Positions 36,695 through 49,699 are shown, counted from the stretch's first letter. The stretch: 64,000 bases of DNA from Hydrolagus colliei (GCA_035084275.1 CM068749.1:17608001-17672000), one strand, 5' to 3'. Translations and numbers: made by a program. The notes: a model not told the origin generated them from the letters alone.

Positions 36695-36990
36695 TTCGCA
36701 CACAATGTCCCACAGAACAGCCATGTGGTGAATGGCAATCGGTAAGATTGCTGGTCAGTTTATCGGGAGAAACTTCTTTCGCCAATAGTATCACAGGGCC
36801 TTTAAAGTGCACGTGAACAGACATACAGGATCTCAGTTTAACATCTCACTTGAAAGACAGTGCCTCCAACAATGGAATGCACCTCCCAACAACAACAACA
36901 ACAACAAAATTACATTTATAGAGCGCCTTTCACATTGGGAGGACGTCCCAAAGCACTGTACTATACACTCGGTACTATACTGGAGTGTCA
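36695..36990 (-). mobile_element. Old Deu-domain SINE with a nested 70-bp L2 tail (36888-36960)
   Basis: Deu-like 'gggcctttaaagtgcacgtgaacagacatacaggatctcagtttaacatctcacttgaaagacagtgcctccaacaatg', interrupted by (AAC)n 'aaaattacatttatagagcgcctttcacattgggaggacgtcccaaagcactg'. Confidence 0.75.
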
Positions 36991-37877
36991 AGGAACAATA
37001 TCATCAGCAAAATGCACAACACTTGGAAATCTGACTTCAAAAAAAAACCTTGTGTCTGTTCTCCTGTTGGTATAAAGAAGAGATACGAGGTTCAATTTTC
37101 TGGTTGCTATTTGTCAGAGAAACCATAGCTCATCATTCACGTTTGATAGGTGAGCACAGGAGGAGGAGCGTCTACATCTATTTGACCCTGAAATGTGAAA
37201 TCTAAGAACAAAAAGACTGTAAGGAGGAGAAAACCAGCAGTTTGGGTTTGTCTCAAAAAAGACTGTTCAAAGTCAGCAGCTATTTCACAGGACAAAAGGA
37301 CCAAATATGTGTTTAAATGTGTGAATTACTTCGGATTACTCTTTTTTTAAAAATGTACTTGAAATAAATAAATTTGGTATTTTCTTTGTAAACTGTTAAT
37401 GATGTCTAATCTGGATGCCGGAGAGAGTTTGTTGCTGTAACATGCGACCACATAAAATGCAGCATAGTATGCAGAACAAATAGAATCATGGTAATTGTTA
37501 ACCACCCCAGGCATGTGCTTTAGCAGGTAAATGCAGCTTCCAGTATAGCAGGCGGACGGAGGGTGTGGGAACCATCACTGGGCCAGAGATGGAGGCGAGT
37601 TACAGGAACAAAAATAATGAAAATTGCAACATGGCTGCTTTAGGTCATAATTTAAGTTATATTGAATAATTCAGGAAAAATACAAAAAAGCCTATAAAGA
37701 ACTGTTTTTTAATAAAAACGTCAGAAGACACAAGATAGATCTTCTTGAAATAATACATTTTTAAAAACAGAAATATTAAAATAGTAAACGATGTTTAGTA
37801 ATGTCATTTCCGTGGGTTGAAAGCAGCAGCTACAAAGTGGATGCTGGTGAAAGGCTACTTACTTGCCAAGAAAATAC

Positions 37878-38191
37878 TAATAATATAATAATGGTTGCAT
37901 TTGATATAGTACTTCCACGTCTTCTGAACATCTGAAAGCCCTTCACAGAATATACTGTAAAGTGAATTGACTTTGTATTCGTGGGCGAAACGCGGCAGCG
38001 AATTGCGCACAGCAGTCTCCCACAAACAGTCGTCGATTGAAGTGCCCAATTTATCATTGCTTTTTTTCTTGAGGGATTATTATCAGCCATTTGGAGCAAC
38101 AAAACTTGCCTAAGGTTTTGCCCTGCCGGGAATCAAACCCAGGTCTTTTGTTTATGAGCCGATTGCTCTAACTATTGAGCTACAGGACTCC
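37878..38191 (-). mobile_element. Full-length tRNA-derived SINE
   Basis: Minus-strand head 'ggagtcctgtagctcaatagttagagcaatc...cctgggtttgattccc'. Body and tail match the other copies. Confidence 0.92.
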
Positions 38192-39496
38192 ACTGTTGGT
38201 CAATGGTTAGAGTACTGAGAAAAGGCGTAAAGTGCATATAGATGTCAAAGAGATATATTCTTAAAAGGCCTCAAAACTGCCCCTGAAATACAAAGTGTCT
38301 GTAGGTGGTGAACTATGAGCCTGCAAAAATCATACACATATTTTTAAATATGGAAAACTATAAAACTGTGCTGAAGTTCAGAACACAAAGAGATATTGCT
38401 CAAAATTGTCAGATTCATTAGCTTTGTTCAGTTGCACATAAAAATAATTTAGTAACATATTTGATTTTAAAAACTAAGAATAAATGAGTAAATTGCTTTG
38501 CTTGTAACGCCCTCTCTTGCCAAATTAAATAGCTTTGTTTTATAAATTAACTCGGATATTAAAATTAAATTTCAATGCGAGGGCTCAGTTATTAGTTTCA
38601 CAAAATAAATGTGAATGCTCAAATTAAATATTCACTGTAAGCTGTCTTCCAATAAAATAGAATTTGGCCTTTGAAGTGTTTTTATTAATCTTCTCTGATG
38701 TGCAGGTTCTTTAAATTCTGAGTATGTGCAATGGTACTACCAGTTCAGTGCTTCACTTACTTTAATTTATTTTCTGAACATAATTCTATTTATAATGAAA
38801 ATCTTATTAAAACTGGACAAGAAAAATTAGGCTATAGCTTTACATTGGTGGGATGAAAACAAAATGACTGACCTAAGTTGAAGTGACATTTACAAATTAC
38901 CTGTTAATTTAAACTGGGTTGAAGGATGACAGAGTTGAGTTAGAATGACAGTAAGTTCCAAAGGAATGACAGCTGTGGCCCAGTGGCTGTAATGCTCCTG
39001 CAGTTAGCACATTTATCCACATTCACAAGAAAAACTTCATATGGAATAAATCGTAAATTCCGACAAATGTTTGCATCCAGACTCTAAGAATGATTGGATA
39101 TCTGCATTTCTCAGTCCATGTTGAAAACGCATCCTGTGCTCCAAGATAGCTTCCTGTAGCCGAAGTTATACGGCTTGACTGTACCCCAAAGCAACCACAC
39201 AGGGGTCTGGCCTTAATGATACTGATACACGATCTGACAAGGCCTCCCTGCTATAGTTGCTGCAGGACACCAGTTATGCCCTGAAACCTGTACTTGTACA
39301 CTGTGATATATATTCCTCAGACAGCCATCATTAGACATCACAGCCAAGCAGTGCTATCAGACTGACAGCAACCACTTATATGGAATTATTCTGTGTGGGT
39401 TTTTTTTTTGGATTTAAAAATAAAATTATAGGACCACTCAGACCATCATTATTAAAGCCGTGGTAGATGAGTTACAGATCCCTACATCAGTTTTCA

Positions 39497-39545
39497 CGAC
39501 AACAAATTACATTTGTAAAGCACCTTTCATGTCAGGGGGACACCA
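39497..39545 (-). mobile_element. Very short L2 3' tail
   Basis: 'acaacaaattacatttgtaaagcacctttcatgtcagggggaca'. Confidence 0.65.
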
Positions 39546-39817
39546 GGATGAATCGATAGGTGAGCAGGCCATTGAAGAAGTTTAGGTGTGCGATATTGAA
39601 CATGCAGCATTACAATTGATATCAATTGGAGGCAGTGCAAAGTACAAAGATATTTCCAGTTAAAGAGATAAATGCAGAGTATAGTACAGTATATATTTTA
39701 AAGAGGACACACAGCAGGCAGATGTCAAATGCCACACATATGGAATTGACAGAATTGACAGAATTGACTGCATCAAACCTGGCATGAAGGAGTCACAGCA
39801 GATCCCACGTTGATTGT

Positions 39818-39900
39818 ATAAGAACCATAAGAATTTGCTCGGCGAAAGAAGACCAAGGTCCACGCAGTTCACCTTCCACCATCCTGGCAGTCGCTTGATA
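39818..39900 (-). mobile_element. Probable 3' end of a different CR1-clade LINE
   Basis: 'ataagaaccataagaatt...agaccaaggtccacgcagttcacctt': an 8-9 bp repeated tail plus a CR1-like terminal stem region. Confidence 0.45.
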
Positions 39901-42900
39901 TGTCGTGTCCCAAACTATACATTACATATTTTCTATCAGAAATCTATCTGATTTGTTTTCGTATAATTTTTTTTATTATTCAACATCTCACTGAACATAT
40001 TTTAAATATTAAGACTTAAAAAACAACTTTCTAATATGGATGCTTCAATTCCCTGGAGCCATAGAAATGCCGAATAGTCTCCAGTTATTTTTAAACACGC
40101 TGCTATTTGGTACAAAAATAACCATTACTGGATCTAGGTGCTTTGCAGATTGGCATTATTCAGTGGATTTAACTGCCTTCATTGGCAATACTAAGAAGTT
40201 AAAGTTATACCTTGTTGCAATGTAATGTATTATTCTTTCTCAACAGGATTTTTATGGTTCTAATTTGACTGATAATACTTTTGTTCAATCTATTTGATCA
40301 AACATGAAATGAAGTTTGAAACAACATACATGTTATACTCTGCACATGCACATTAGATAATTATCTGGATACATTATCGGGATAAAACTTTTAGATATCC
40401 AGTAATTGTCATCTAAAGTCTTATATAAATCAAATCATCTTTTCTCCAAATGTGCCAAGGTGAATGGAGCTAAAGCCTGAGATAATCTGTGGTATGAATC
40501 AAATTGATCTATATTTTTATATGCTCTATTTATATAAAACTTCACTAAAGCACCCACACGGCAAAATAATACTGCAGAAAGTCCATCGGTCTCCCAATTG
40601 CTGCACTGCATTTGTGAAAAATATAACATGATTGATAAGAAGAAGGTTTTCTATCATCCATGTGGTTTTAGAATTAATGGTTTATTTTCAAGGCTTTATC
40701 CTTCTGTCCACAAGATTTCTCACTCACAGTCACTCAAGCAGCTGCATTAGCAGCAGGTGAGCACAGTGAAGAATACTCCATCCACCGATCCACCGCCACA
40801 CCTGTAATTTGGCTCAAAAACAAGCACTTGCCTTTAACGGGATTTTCTGAAACACCTGACGAGTGATTTGTGAGTGACAGTTTATGGAAAAATAGTTATG
40901 ATTGATGACATAATTTGGATCTGTAGTTTATGTAATCTAACAGCCTTTAATGATTTATTTATTTTTCGATTAAAAAGACACTATAGAACAGTTTATTTGC
41001 AATAGATTATTTTGAAATCCAGCACTTACCTGGATCTGGAAATTACAAAACACATCACATGATACATGGTCATTTACACACTTTTAAAAAACTTATCTTC
41101 CATGCACTGCATAAAATGTTAGATCTCCCTGACACTCAAGGATTTAATGTACAACATTCACATGCAGGATTAGAAATGGTAATTGTGACTTTAGTACGTG
41201 ACTTGCAAAAGCCGTCTGATTAGCAATACTTCCACCAGTAGCTCACTGTGATTCCAAAAAACAGCAATGTATGAGTAAAGTCCAGAGAACACAACAGCAT
41301 CATCTAATCCAATTTGAAAATATCACAGTTCAGAGCACCTCTTCTTCTCTCCACCCAAATCAGTTTCAGTCAAAATGATTGCAGGATAGCACACAAAAAA
41401 TCTCTTCACTATTCTCCAAAAAAAATGTTACCTTCAAGGGTTCATCTTATTGAGGTTTGAGCTGTTTAACTGCCTCTGTTGATGTTTCTATTGGAACCAA
41501 CATAAATACTAGTCATAAAACGAGGTTTGTAATAGCAAAGTTTGTTGTAATTTATGGAACCGAAACTGCCAGTGAATGAAGTCTGTATAAATCCATAACC
41601 TTTTCATTTTGTGAGTTGTGTATCCAATACCATGCAGGAATTTACATTTGGTAAACCACCCAATTGGGTTGGATTCAACTCAGACACATGTTAATTTTGA
41701 AATACAACGTTTTAATAATTTATTTTTCTTTTGAATGTTTTTCTATATATAATATATATGTAGAAATTGTTATCTAGGTTACACAACTGTTTTGAGTTCA
41801 GGTGACTTTGCAAATTACACGAGGGACGGGAGAATGATTTGCGAAGGTCATCTGCACTGAGTTTGCATTCCAGTTCTCAAACACCACACTAAGATGATTG
41901 TTTTGTGTATTTATATATATCCCAAATGCTGCCTTAGCTTTCCTACAATTGTGCTTTAGACAGAGTCAGCTCTGCTGTGAGGTAGAAGCTGCTGATGTAA
42001 GGCAAGTGCGGTTCCACAGCAGGAGGACCACAGCAGATTGAGACGTTCAACCTGAAGGGATACAGCACCATGTGACAAGCACAAACCTATTCCTAGGATT
42101 TATCCTACAGCTCTGCACCAGTTCATGTAGCATTCTGAATATATTACAATTCATCATTTCATTTTAATGTCAAAATTAAAAATAAAAATGCTAATTGTGG
42201 CTTTTCCCAGTGGCTGGCTTTACGAATAGTTTGGCAGAGTTGTGGGAGCAATCCAGTCTCAGACCTTGGCAAAAGGGAAGCCAAAAAGAGGGGAGAAGTA
42301 GTCTATTTGGGTACAAAATGAAAATGTAAAGGATCAGCAGAAACTTGCGATGCCTTACAAAGTAATGAAGTTAACAGGATAGAAATGCAGTAATTCAGTT
42401 CAAATTTATTCATATTATTCCTAGCTGTTAATTAAGAAATAGTGTTAAATCACGTTATCACAAGTTCTGACCCAGGAAGGGGAGGGGAAGGAGGACAGTA
42501 AATTACAAGATAATTCTTGGCACAGGCTCATCAGAAAGAGGTTTTATTTTCTCCAGTAATAAAACAGAGCTCCATTTAGGAGCTAAAGGGTCACTTATAA
42601 GCGATGTGAGTTATTATAAACTCAGGTATTACAAAGTACTGTAATACTGTAAATGTGCCGTCACTGCTCCCGTTTCTCTCACGTGTTCATTTGGGATCAG
42701 ACTTTTATGATGTTCCTACACGGAATTATGATCAATTTTTCCTGCGGAACTGTGAAACACCAACATTCTCTGTATTGGATGCAAACTATATGATTTATTT
42801 CCTTTCAACACGATCAAACAATATTCCATAATTACGTTTGCTCACCCCTGATGCATGAAACTCACGTGATCTTTTATTCTCGAGTTTTAATTACATTGTA

Positions 42901-43320
42901 ACACTTTCAGATAGGTGTGCATCATTGGGCTGTCTGATCTACCATCCAATTTTCCCCAAGATTCCTTCTAGGTATCCATCAATTACCCCTGAATCATTTT
43001 GGTTTCTCTTTATGTAATTCAGCCCCACTCCATCCATTAAATTATGCTTCTTTTCTTTGCACAGTTTGGATTTTATTAAAAACTACTAAAGTGGCAAAGT
43101 AGTCTGCCATAGTTGATGATGAAGTATGATCTTTACGGATGTAGCATTGAAAATTGGATTCTCAAAGACAAACATACAAACTTGGACAGTTGTTTACAGG
43201 TCTGAGAACACTGGCTTAACTCGGGTAGACCCCAACACAAAGTGACAAAGATGGAGAACTTTCCAATTACCCAGAATTATATTGAACTTAAGGTATCCTT
43301 CAGTAAAATGTTGTGAATCA

Positions 43321-45456
43321 GATTCATAGATTCATAGAATTTTACGGCACAAAAGGAGGCCATTCGGCCCATCTAGTCTGTGCCGGCTCTTTGAAAAGAG
43401 CGATTCAATCCCACTGCCCTGCCCGCTCCCCATAGCCTAATAGACCCGTTCTCCCTAAATAAAGATCTAATTCCCTTTTAAAAGTTGTTATCGAATCAGC
43501 CTCCACCACCTTTTTAGGCAATGCATTCCAGATTTGAACAACTCGCTGAGTGAAAACATTTCTCCTCAGCTCCCCTCTACTTCGCCTTGAAACTATTTTA
43601 AATCTGTGACCACGAGTCACAGATTCGTCCACGAGTGGAAATAGTTTTTCTCTATTTGCCCTGTCGAAACCCCTCATGATCTTATAAACCTCTATTAGGT
43701 CTCCCCTCAATCTTCTCTGCTCCAGAGAGAACAACCCTAGCCTATCTAGCCTCCCCTCATAGCTGAAGTCCCTCAATCCTGGCACCATCCTAGTAAATCT
43801 TCGTTGTACCCTTTCCAATGCCTTCACATCCTTTCTGTAGTGTGGTGACCAGAATTGAACACAGTATTCCAGCTGAGGCCTCACCAAAGCCTTATAGAGG
43901 TTAGTCAACACTTCCTGACTTTTGTACTCTATACCCCTATTTATAAAGCCTAGTATCCCATATGCCTTCTTAACAGCCTTGTCTACCTGTCCTGCCACCT
44001 TCAATGAGTCACTAACACAAATCCCCAGGTCTCTCTGTTCCTTCATACCATTTAAAATTGTACTATCTAGCCTATATTGCCTCCCTTCATTTCTTCTCCC
44101 AAAATGCATCACCTCACACTTCTCTGCATTAAACTTCATCTGCCATGTGTCTGCCCACTTTACCAATTGGTCTATATCCTCTTGCAGATGGCTACTATCC
44201 TCCTCACTATTTACTATTCTCCCTAACTTAGTGTCATCTGCAAACTTGGAAACTGTACTCCGTACACCCAAGTCCAGATCATTGATGTAGATTACAAACA
44301 GCAATGGTCCCAAAACTGATCCCTGTGGCACACCACTGCTCACTTCCCTCCAATCTGAAAAACAGCCGCTCACTACAACTCTCTGCTTTCTGTCTCGCAG
44401 CCAGTTGTGGATCCACGCTGCCACTGTCCCTTTTACGCCATGGGCCTTTAATTTCATAATAAGTCACTCATGTGGCACTTTGTCAAATGCCTTTTGAAAG
44501 TCCATGTAAACTACATCAACTGCGCTACCATTATCCACCCATTCCGTTACCTCATCAAAACATTCTATCAGATTTGTAAGGCAAGATTTGCCTTTAACAA
44601 ATCCATGTTGACTGTCCTTTATTAGCCTATATCTTTCTAAGTGAAGATCTACCTTGTCCCTGATTATGGACTCTAGAAGTTTGCCCACTACCGACGTTAG
44701 ACTGACTGGTCTGTAGTTACCAGGCTTGTCCTTCTGCCCCTTTTTATACAAGGGAGTAACATTAGCTATCCTCCAGTCCTCTGGCACGACCCCTGTGTCC
44801 AAGGAAGATTGAAAGATCGTGGCCAGAGTGCCTGCTATTTGCTCCCGTGCCTCACTTAGTAACCTAGGGTGCATCCCATCCGGACCAGGTGACTTATCCA
44901 CCTTGAGCGACGTCAACCTTTTTAGAACTTCCTCTCTGGTTATAATTATTCTATCCATTTCTCCTACCCTCTCCTCTAATACCATGGCATTGGCTGTATC
45001 CTTTTCTTTTGTGAAGACAGAGGCGAAGTACTCATTCAGTACATCAGCCATGCCCTCTGCCTCCACAATGAGATTTCCTCCTAGGTCCCTAATTGGCCCC
45101 ACCCTATCCTTGACCAACCTTTTACTCTTAATATGTTGGTAAAAAACCTTAGGGTTCCCCTTAATCTTACTCGCTAATTGTTTTTCATGCAGTCTCTTTG
45201 CCCCTCTAACTTCCTTTTTTAGTTCTATCCTACACTTCCTATATTCTGCTTGGTTCCCTTCTGAATTTTGAGCCTGACACTTATCATAAGCCTCTTTTTT
45301 TTGTTTTATTTTGGCCCCGATTTCCTTAGTCATCCAGGGAGGTTTGGATGCCTTACATTTCACCTTTGTGGGGATGCTTTTGACCTGTGCCTGAACTATC
45401 TCCTCTTTGAACGCTGCCCACTGCTCGTTAGTTGTCTTACCTGCCAAAATCTGTTT
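43321..45456 (-). mobile_element. Young 5'-truncated CR1 LINE (about 2.1 kb)
   Basis: Continuous ORF2 from the post-endonuclease linker through RT to the C-terminus. The 3' UTR ends in the 8-bp repeat (minus strand) 'attctatg aatctatg aatc'. Confidence 0.98.
43405..45456 (-). pseudogene. CR1 ORF2 reverse transcriptase, 5'-truncated, with one premature stop at 44464-44466
   Basis: ORFs 44464-45498 and 43405-44457 are in the same frame (offset 1041 nt), joined by VPHE*LIMKL. Motifs: KSPGPDGMHPR, GNYRPVSLTS, QHGF, MDFQKAFDKV, GVPQGSVLGPLLF, KFADD. Confidence 0.96.
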
Positions 45457-46240
45457 TATGAATACCCTACCATGCAAGATCACTGCGAGAGCACCCACTG
45501 GTAATAATACACTGTGGAAACTGCAAGAGTTATCATCAAAGAAAAATCATTCCAGCTTCAAAATTTACATAAAAGCTTAAAAGCATGTATGGAAAAATTA
45601 CCTATGAAACATTTATATAAGACTTCAAAAAACCAAGTGGCTCAGTGGCTCAGTTCAAAGTGCACACGGTAATAATATACATTTCACTCCACTGTAGATA
45701 CAGAAGAGAGTATGAATTCTCAAGTCTGGTCTTGTTTAAAGACCAACGTCTAAGTAAACATCTAAGCTGGGGTTTTTCATTAGCTACTTTTCTTCAGTTT
45801 CTTTAATACACAAAGCTGGAATCATGGTCAATAAAAAGGCAGAAGACTGATCTCATCCCAAGTATAAAGGAAAAAAAAGCTACACCACTCTTGATTCACT
45901 CCACAGGAGGGTTACAGAAAGGATTGCTTGTGCATTTAGAGGCAGTTATCAGTTTAAGTAGACTGTTGCACTTAGTGGCAGGTCGCCAGTTTTATTTTTA
46001 GAACATTATTTTCAAAAAAATGTTTTTAAAAAACTTTTATTTATGCTTATTAAATTATCTTTGAAAATGTCATGCTTTTGAAATCATTTTGGCAATTTAA
46101 TAACAACAAGATAAACTTTTATACTATCCGCAGTTCTCATCAGACAGAGAGTTGAGTTAGTCTACAGGTTCCCACAGGGAACAAACATCAAGTAGGATTT
46201 TTTCTTCTTAACATAGGACATTCATTAGTTAATAACAATT

Positions 46241-46488
46241 ATAATAATAATAATAATAATCCCTGCATTTTGATATAGCGCTTTTCACATCTTATCGACG
46301 TTTCAAAGCGCCTCACAGAATATATTGTAAAGTGAATTGACTGTATACTTGTGGGAGAAACACGGCAGCCAATTACGCACAGCAGTGTCCCACAAGCAGT
46401 CGTGGATTGAAATAACCAATTTTATGATTGTGTTTTTTTTGGAGGGATTATTATTAGATGTGTGGAGTAAGGAAACTTGCCCAGGGTT
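46241..46488 (-). mobile_element. tRNA-derived SINE lacking its head, with a (TAA)n tail
   Basis: Body matches the other copies from 'gggcaagtttccttactccacac' to the tail. A short L2 tail stub follows at about 46521-46582. Confidence 0.9.
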
Positions 46489-47684
46489 TAGCAGAATTAT
46501 AAGAAGAATGTTTGGTGCGGCAACAAACAACAACTTGCTTTTATATAGAGCCCTTTAGCCGGGGCAGTGTCTTAAAGTGCTGGAATCTAATTGATAATGA
46601 ATGTATGTTAGATGGTTACAGTTACCACTTGCCATTTCCTATACTGATTCCGTTCCTTTGCTATGTTTGCCAAGACCTTCATCTTTTACTGGATATAGAT
46701 ATTTCACACAAAACAAACTGTCCTTAATGAAAAAGCCACTTCAGTAAAGTCTCAGTTCATTGAACTCCAATAAAGTTGCTGTGGCAAAAATTGTTTTAAT
46801 ATTCTTTAAAATGCCTAAGATTTGGTTGCTGAGCAACAGGGGTCACATGTTTACAGGGTTCATGCCTGAAACAGTTGTGAAGCCACTATGTGCATGGTGA
46901 TGATTTATTCAAACGTAGCTTCAGACCTGCTGTTTGCTCCCTCATTGCCTTAATGTAGCCAGGCCTTCATTCATAACTGTCAAGAAGCTATTCATCTGGA
47001 CTCATGCTTATTAAATTTAAACATTGTATGTAAGATGCGTTTTGGAGTATGTGTAGACAACAACTCCAATTTACAAAATAATCATCATCCAAAATACACT
47101 CTGGCATCTTGAAAGCATTTGTTCTGGTCAAACGTTTCTGACTGCATACGAGTGTTATAGGTCCCGCTCACATTCGGGATAAGTTGCTTACTAACATAAT
47201 TGAGTCATCAAGCTGTGAAACTAACAGCTGATGCAAGCACAAAGCAGAGCTACAAAAATCAGGAGAGCAATTAGTACAATCAAACAGGGGTGCTAATAGA
47301 GTCAAATAGCACCACAAGCACGTTCTGATCAGCAATTTTTTAAGATAATGTGAAAGCAATCTTATCAGTTCATTTTTATTGCAGCACTTTATTAGTATGC
47401 TTTGCCGTGTTTATTGGGAAATTTGTTACGCAGTATTTATTGTGTTAATTTCAGTGGCAAAATAAAAGTGGATTATAAAATATATTGACTCATTGTTTAA
47501 TAAAAGTGTTGAATTCTTTAATCATTTATGGCCTAGATAGCGTAGGCTCGAAACAAATAGAATATTTGTACTCATAAAGAAAACTGATTTTATAATAAAT
47601 TAAAGCGATAGAACCACTTTGGGTCATGTTTTCATCACATTTTTCAACTTCCATTTCAAAAATAGTGCATTGCTTTGGCATTAT

Positions 47685-47850
47685 GTAATAATAACACATG
47701 CATTTTGATACAGTAATTTAACATGTCATCAAGAGATCTCAACAGCTCGCAGGAATTTTCCTGTGAAATGTAGAGACTGTGAATTTTAAGCAAACTTGTC
47801 AGCCAATTGGTCCATAATAATATCCTACAAACAGCTATGAAATGGGTCAC
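47685..47850 (-). mobile_element. Decayed Deu-SINE 3' portion
   Basis: 'aataataacacatgcattttgatacag...cagccaattggtccataataatatcctacaaacagctatgaaat'. Confidence 0.5.
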
Positions 47851-49699
47851 CAGACATTTTGGGGGGGGAGATTGAGGGTGTGGGTGTTATGAATAAGATC
47901 TTACTTAGACAAAAACGATTTAATTGAAACAACTCAAACAGCAAACAATCGTCCCAGCCTACATGGAATGCCACTGCCACAACTTTCTGGGGGTAATCAA
48001 AGCTTCTGTGCACCGTCACATTCATGTGGACAAGGAGACAAGGGTTGGATCAAACAGAAAATGAACAGTTTGTCAAATGAGTAATGCAGGGCAAAGTCAT
48101 GCTCAAAATAAACTCAACACTACACATATAATTAGGCCTTGTTTCAGCAGGCTTCACTCTGCAGACAGCTGAGCAAGGCAACTGGAGTCAACTGAATAAT
48201 TATACTTCATGCACAGTAACAAATTAACAGCTGGTATTCTAGTTACAGAGGCCACACGTCATTGAACAATTTTGTTAATACCTGGTAATAGCTGGAGAGG
48301 CAGGGAGGACAGCTCTGACGGAGGTTTATTGCTGTCTGTCCTCTATTCCATTCTCTTCAAAGAGCTGATTGTTGCTAAAGTTGAGTGCACTTGTGTTGGC
48401 CATGCTGGGCTGATACCATATGCAATGGAAAGATAGGAAGAGTAAGTGCAACAGCCTGGAGACAGCAGGGGAGTTTTCAAGGTGGAGGTATCTGCAATCT
48501 ATGAAGATGTACTTTCTCATCTTTCATATATAGAGAAACAATTACATTGCCATTTACTTTCCCATTTCCACTGTACCAAATCAATTTCTCCTTGGTGCCT
48601 TTTCCAGACAACCCAGCCAATGTCAAGAAGATATTCTATAGAGATTTCTACATCTGATCTTGTATCCTTCTACTATTCAATAGCACAAGAGGTTAATGCA
48701 CCAACCACCAGCCAGTTCTGCCTTTTAACGATGGCCTCTTTTGAAGCAATTTACGTATTTATTTCTCAAATAGATATTCTTCATCATGAAAGGAAAATAA
48801 CATGCATTTGGTTCATCAGCAGCCAGTTGAATTTACATTTCCCTGAGAACTAAAGACATCTTAGTGCCTTGCGATGGAGATTTTAATGTCTTCTGAGAGG
48901 CAATTAACTTGATCACTGAATTTTAGATTGGCATAAGTCACCAGAGTTCCAATGCAAGAATGTAGATCTTGACTAACGTCTGGGCTCTAAGTGAATCAAT
49001 TACATCATTACAACTTAAACATTTCCAGTTCTTAGCTCTGTGAAAAGATAGTACTTTTATTTCAAATAAAAGAACGCCTCATACCCTAAGTGCAAATCAG
49101 TGGTTCTGCAGCTTTTTTCTCAAAAACATTCAAAAGGGATCTAAAAGCTTTGCTGAGAGTTTTCGTATAAAGTGCCCCACAATTCTGAAGGCATATCCTA
49201 CCATCGGCAGAGTATTTTTTAATGAAAAAAAAGAAGGTTTGACAGCCAAGATTTCTTTCATGCCTTGGAATGTGTATGAAGATATCACTGCTGTAATATG
49301 TTGTAATAAACATAACAAAAAACTAAATATTTTTGTTATGATGTGCATCTATATATTAACAAAGAAATGTGCAAATATCTAAATACTGAAGTTTCATAAT
49401 TGCAATTTCCTGCCCTTCCTTTGTCTTGACTAAGTCTATTGAAGGTGTAGTTGAGTATTTCCAAAAAAATTATTGTGACAAAACGATTTGTCTCCAAAAT
49501 AAAAACGTAACGGCAAAATGAACCCTGGTGTTGACTGATATTGTGGCCTTTAAGATTTGCTTGTTAAGCCTATATGTTACAAGTTAAAAATTCCATTAAA
49601 CCCCTCAAAAGAGAACAATCTTGTGCAAAGCTGGATAAGCAGTAATATTACCCACTTTTGAAAGTGTATGTACACAATCTTCACTTCCAGCAGTTAAAG

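Noticed and set aside
41978-42000. let-7-like start TGAGGTAG (also at about 12912)
   Set aside because: Only the first 8 nt match. The remainder and the star arm do not resemble let-7.
43922-45142. Plus-strand ORFs of 122 and 107 aa
   Set aside because: Antisense shadows of the CR1 ORF2.
48446-49383. 135-aa ORF (48446-48853) and a ~100-codon open frame (about 49083-49383)
   Set aside because: Composition is typical of translated non-coding DNA, with no known motifs and no supporting splice sites.
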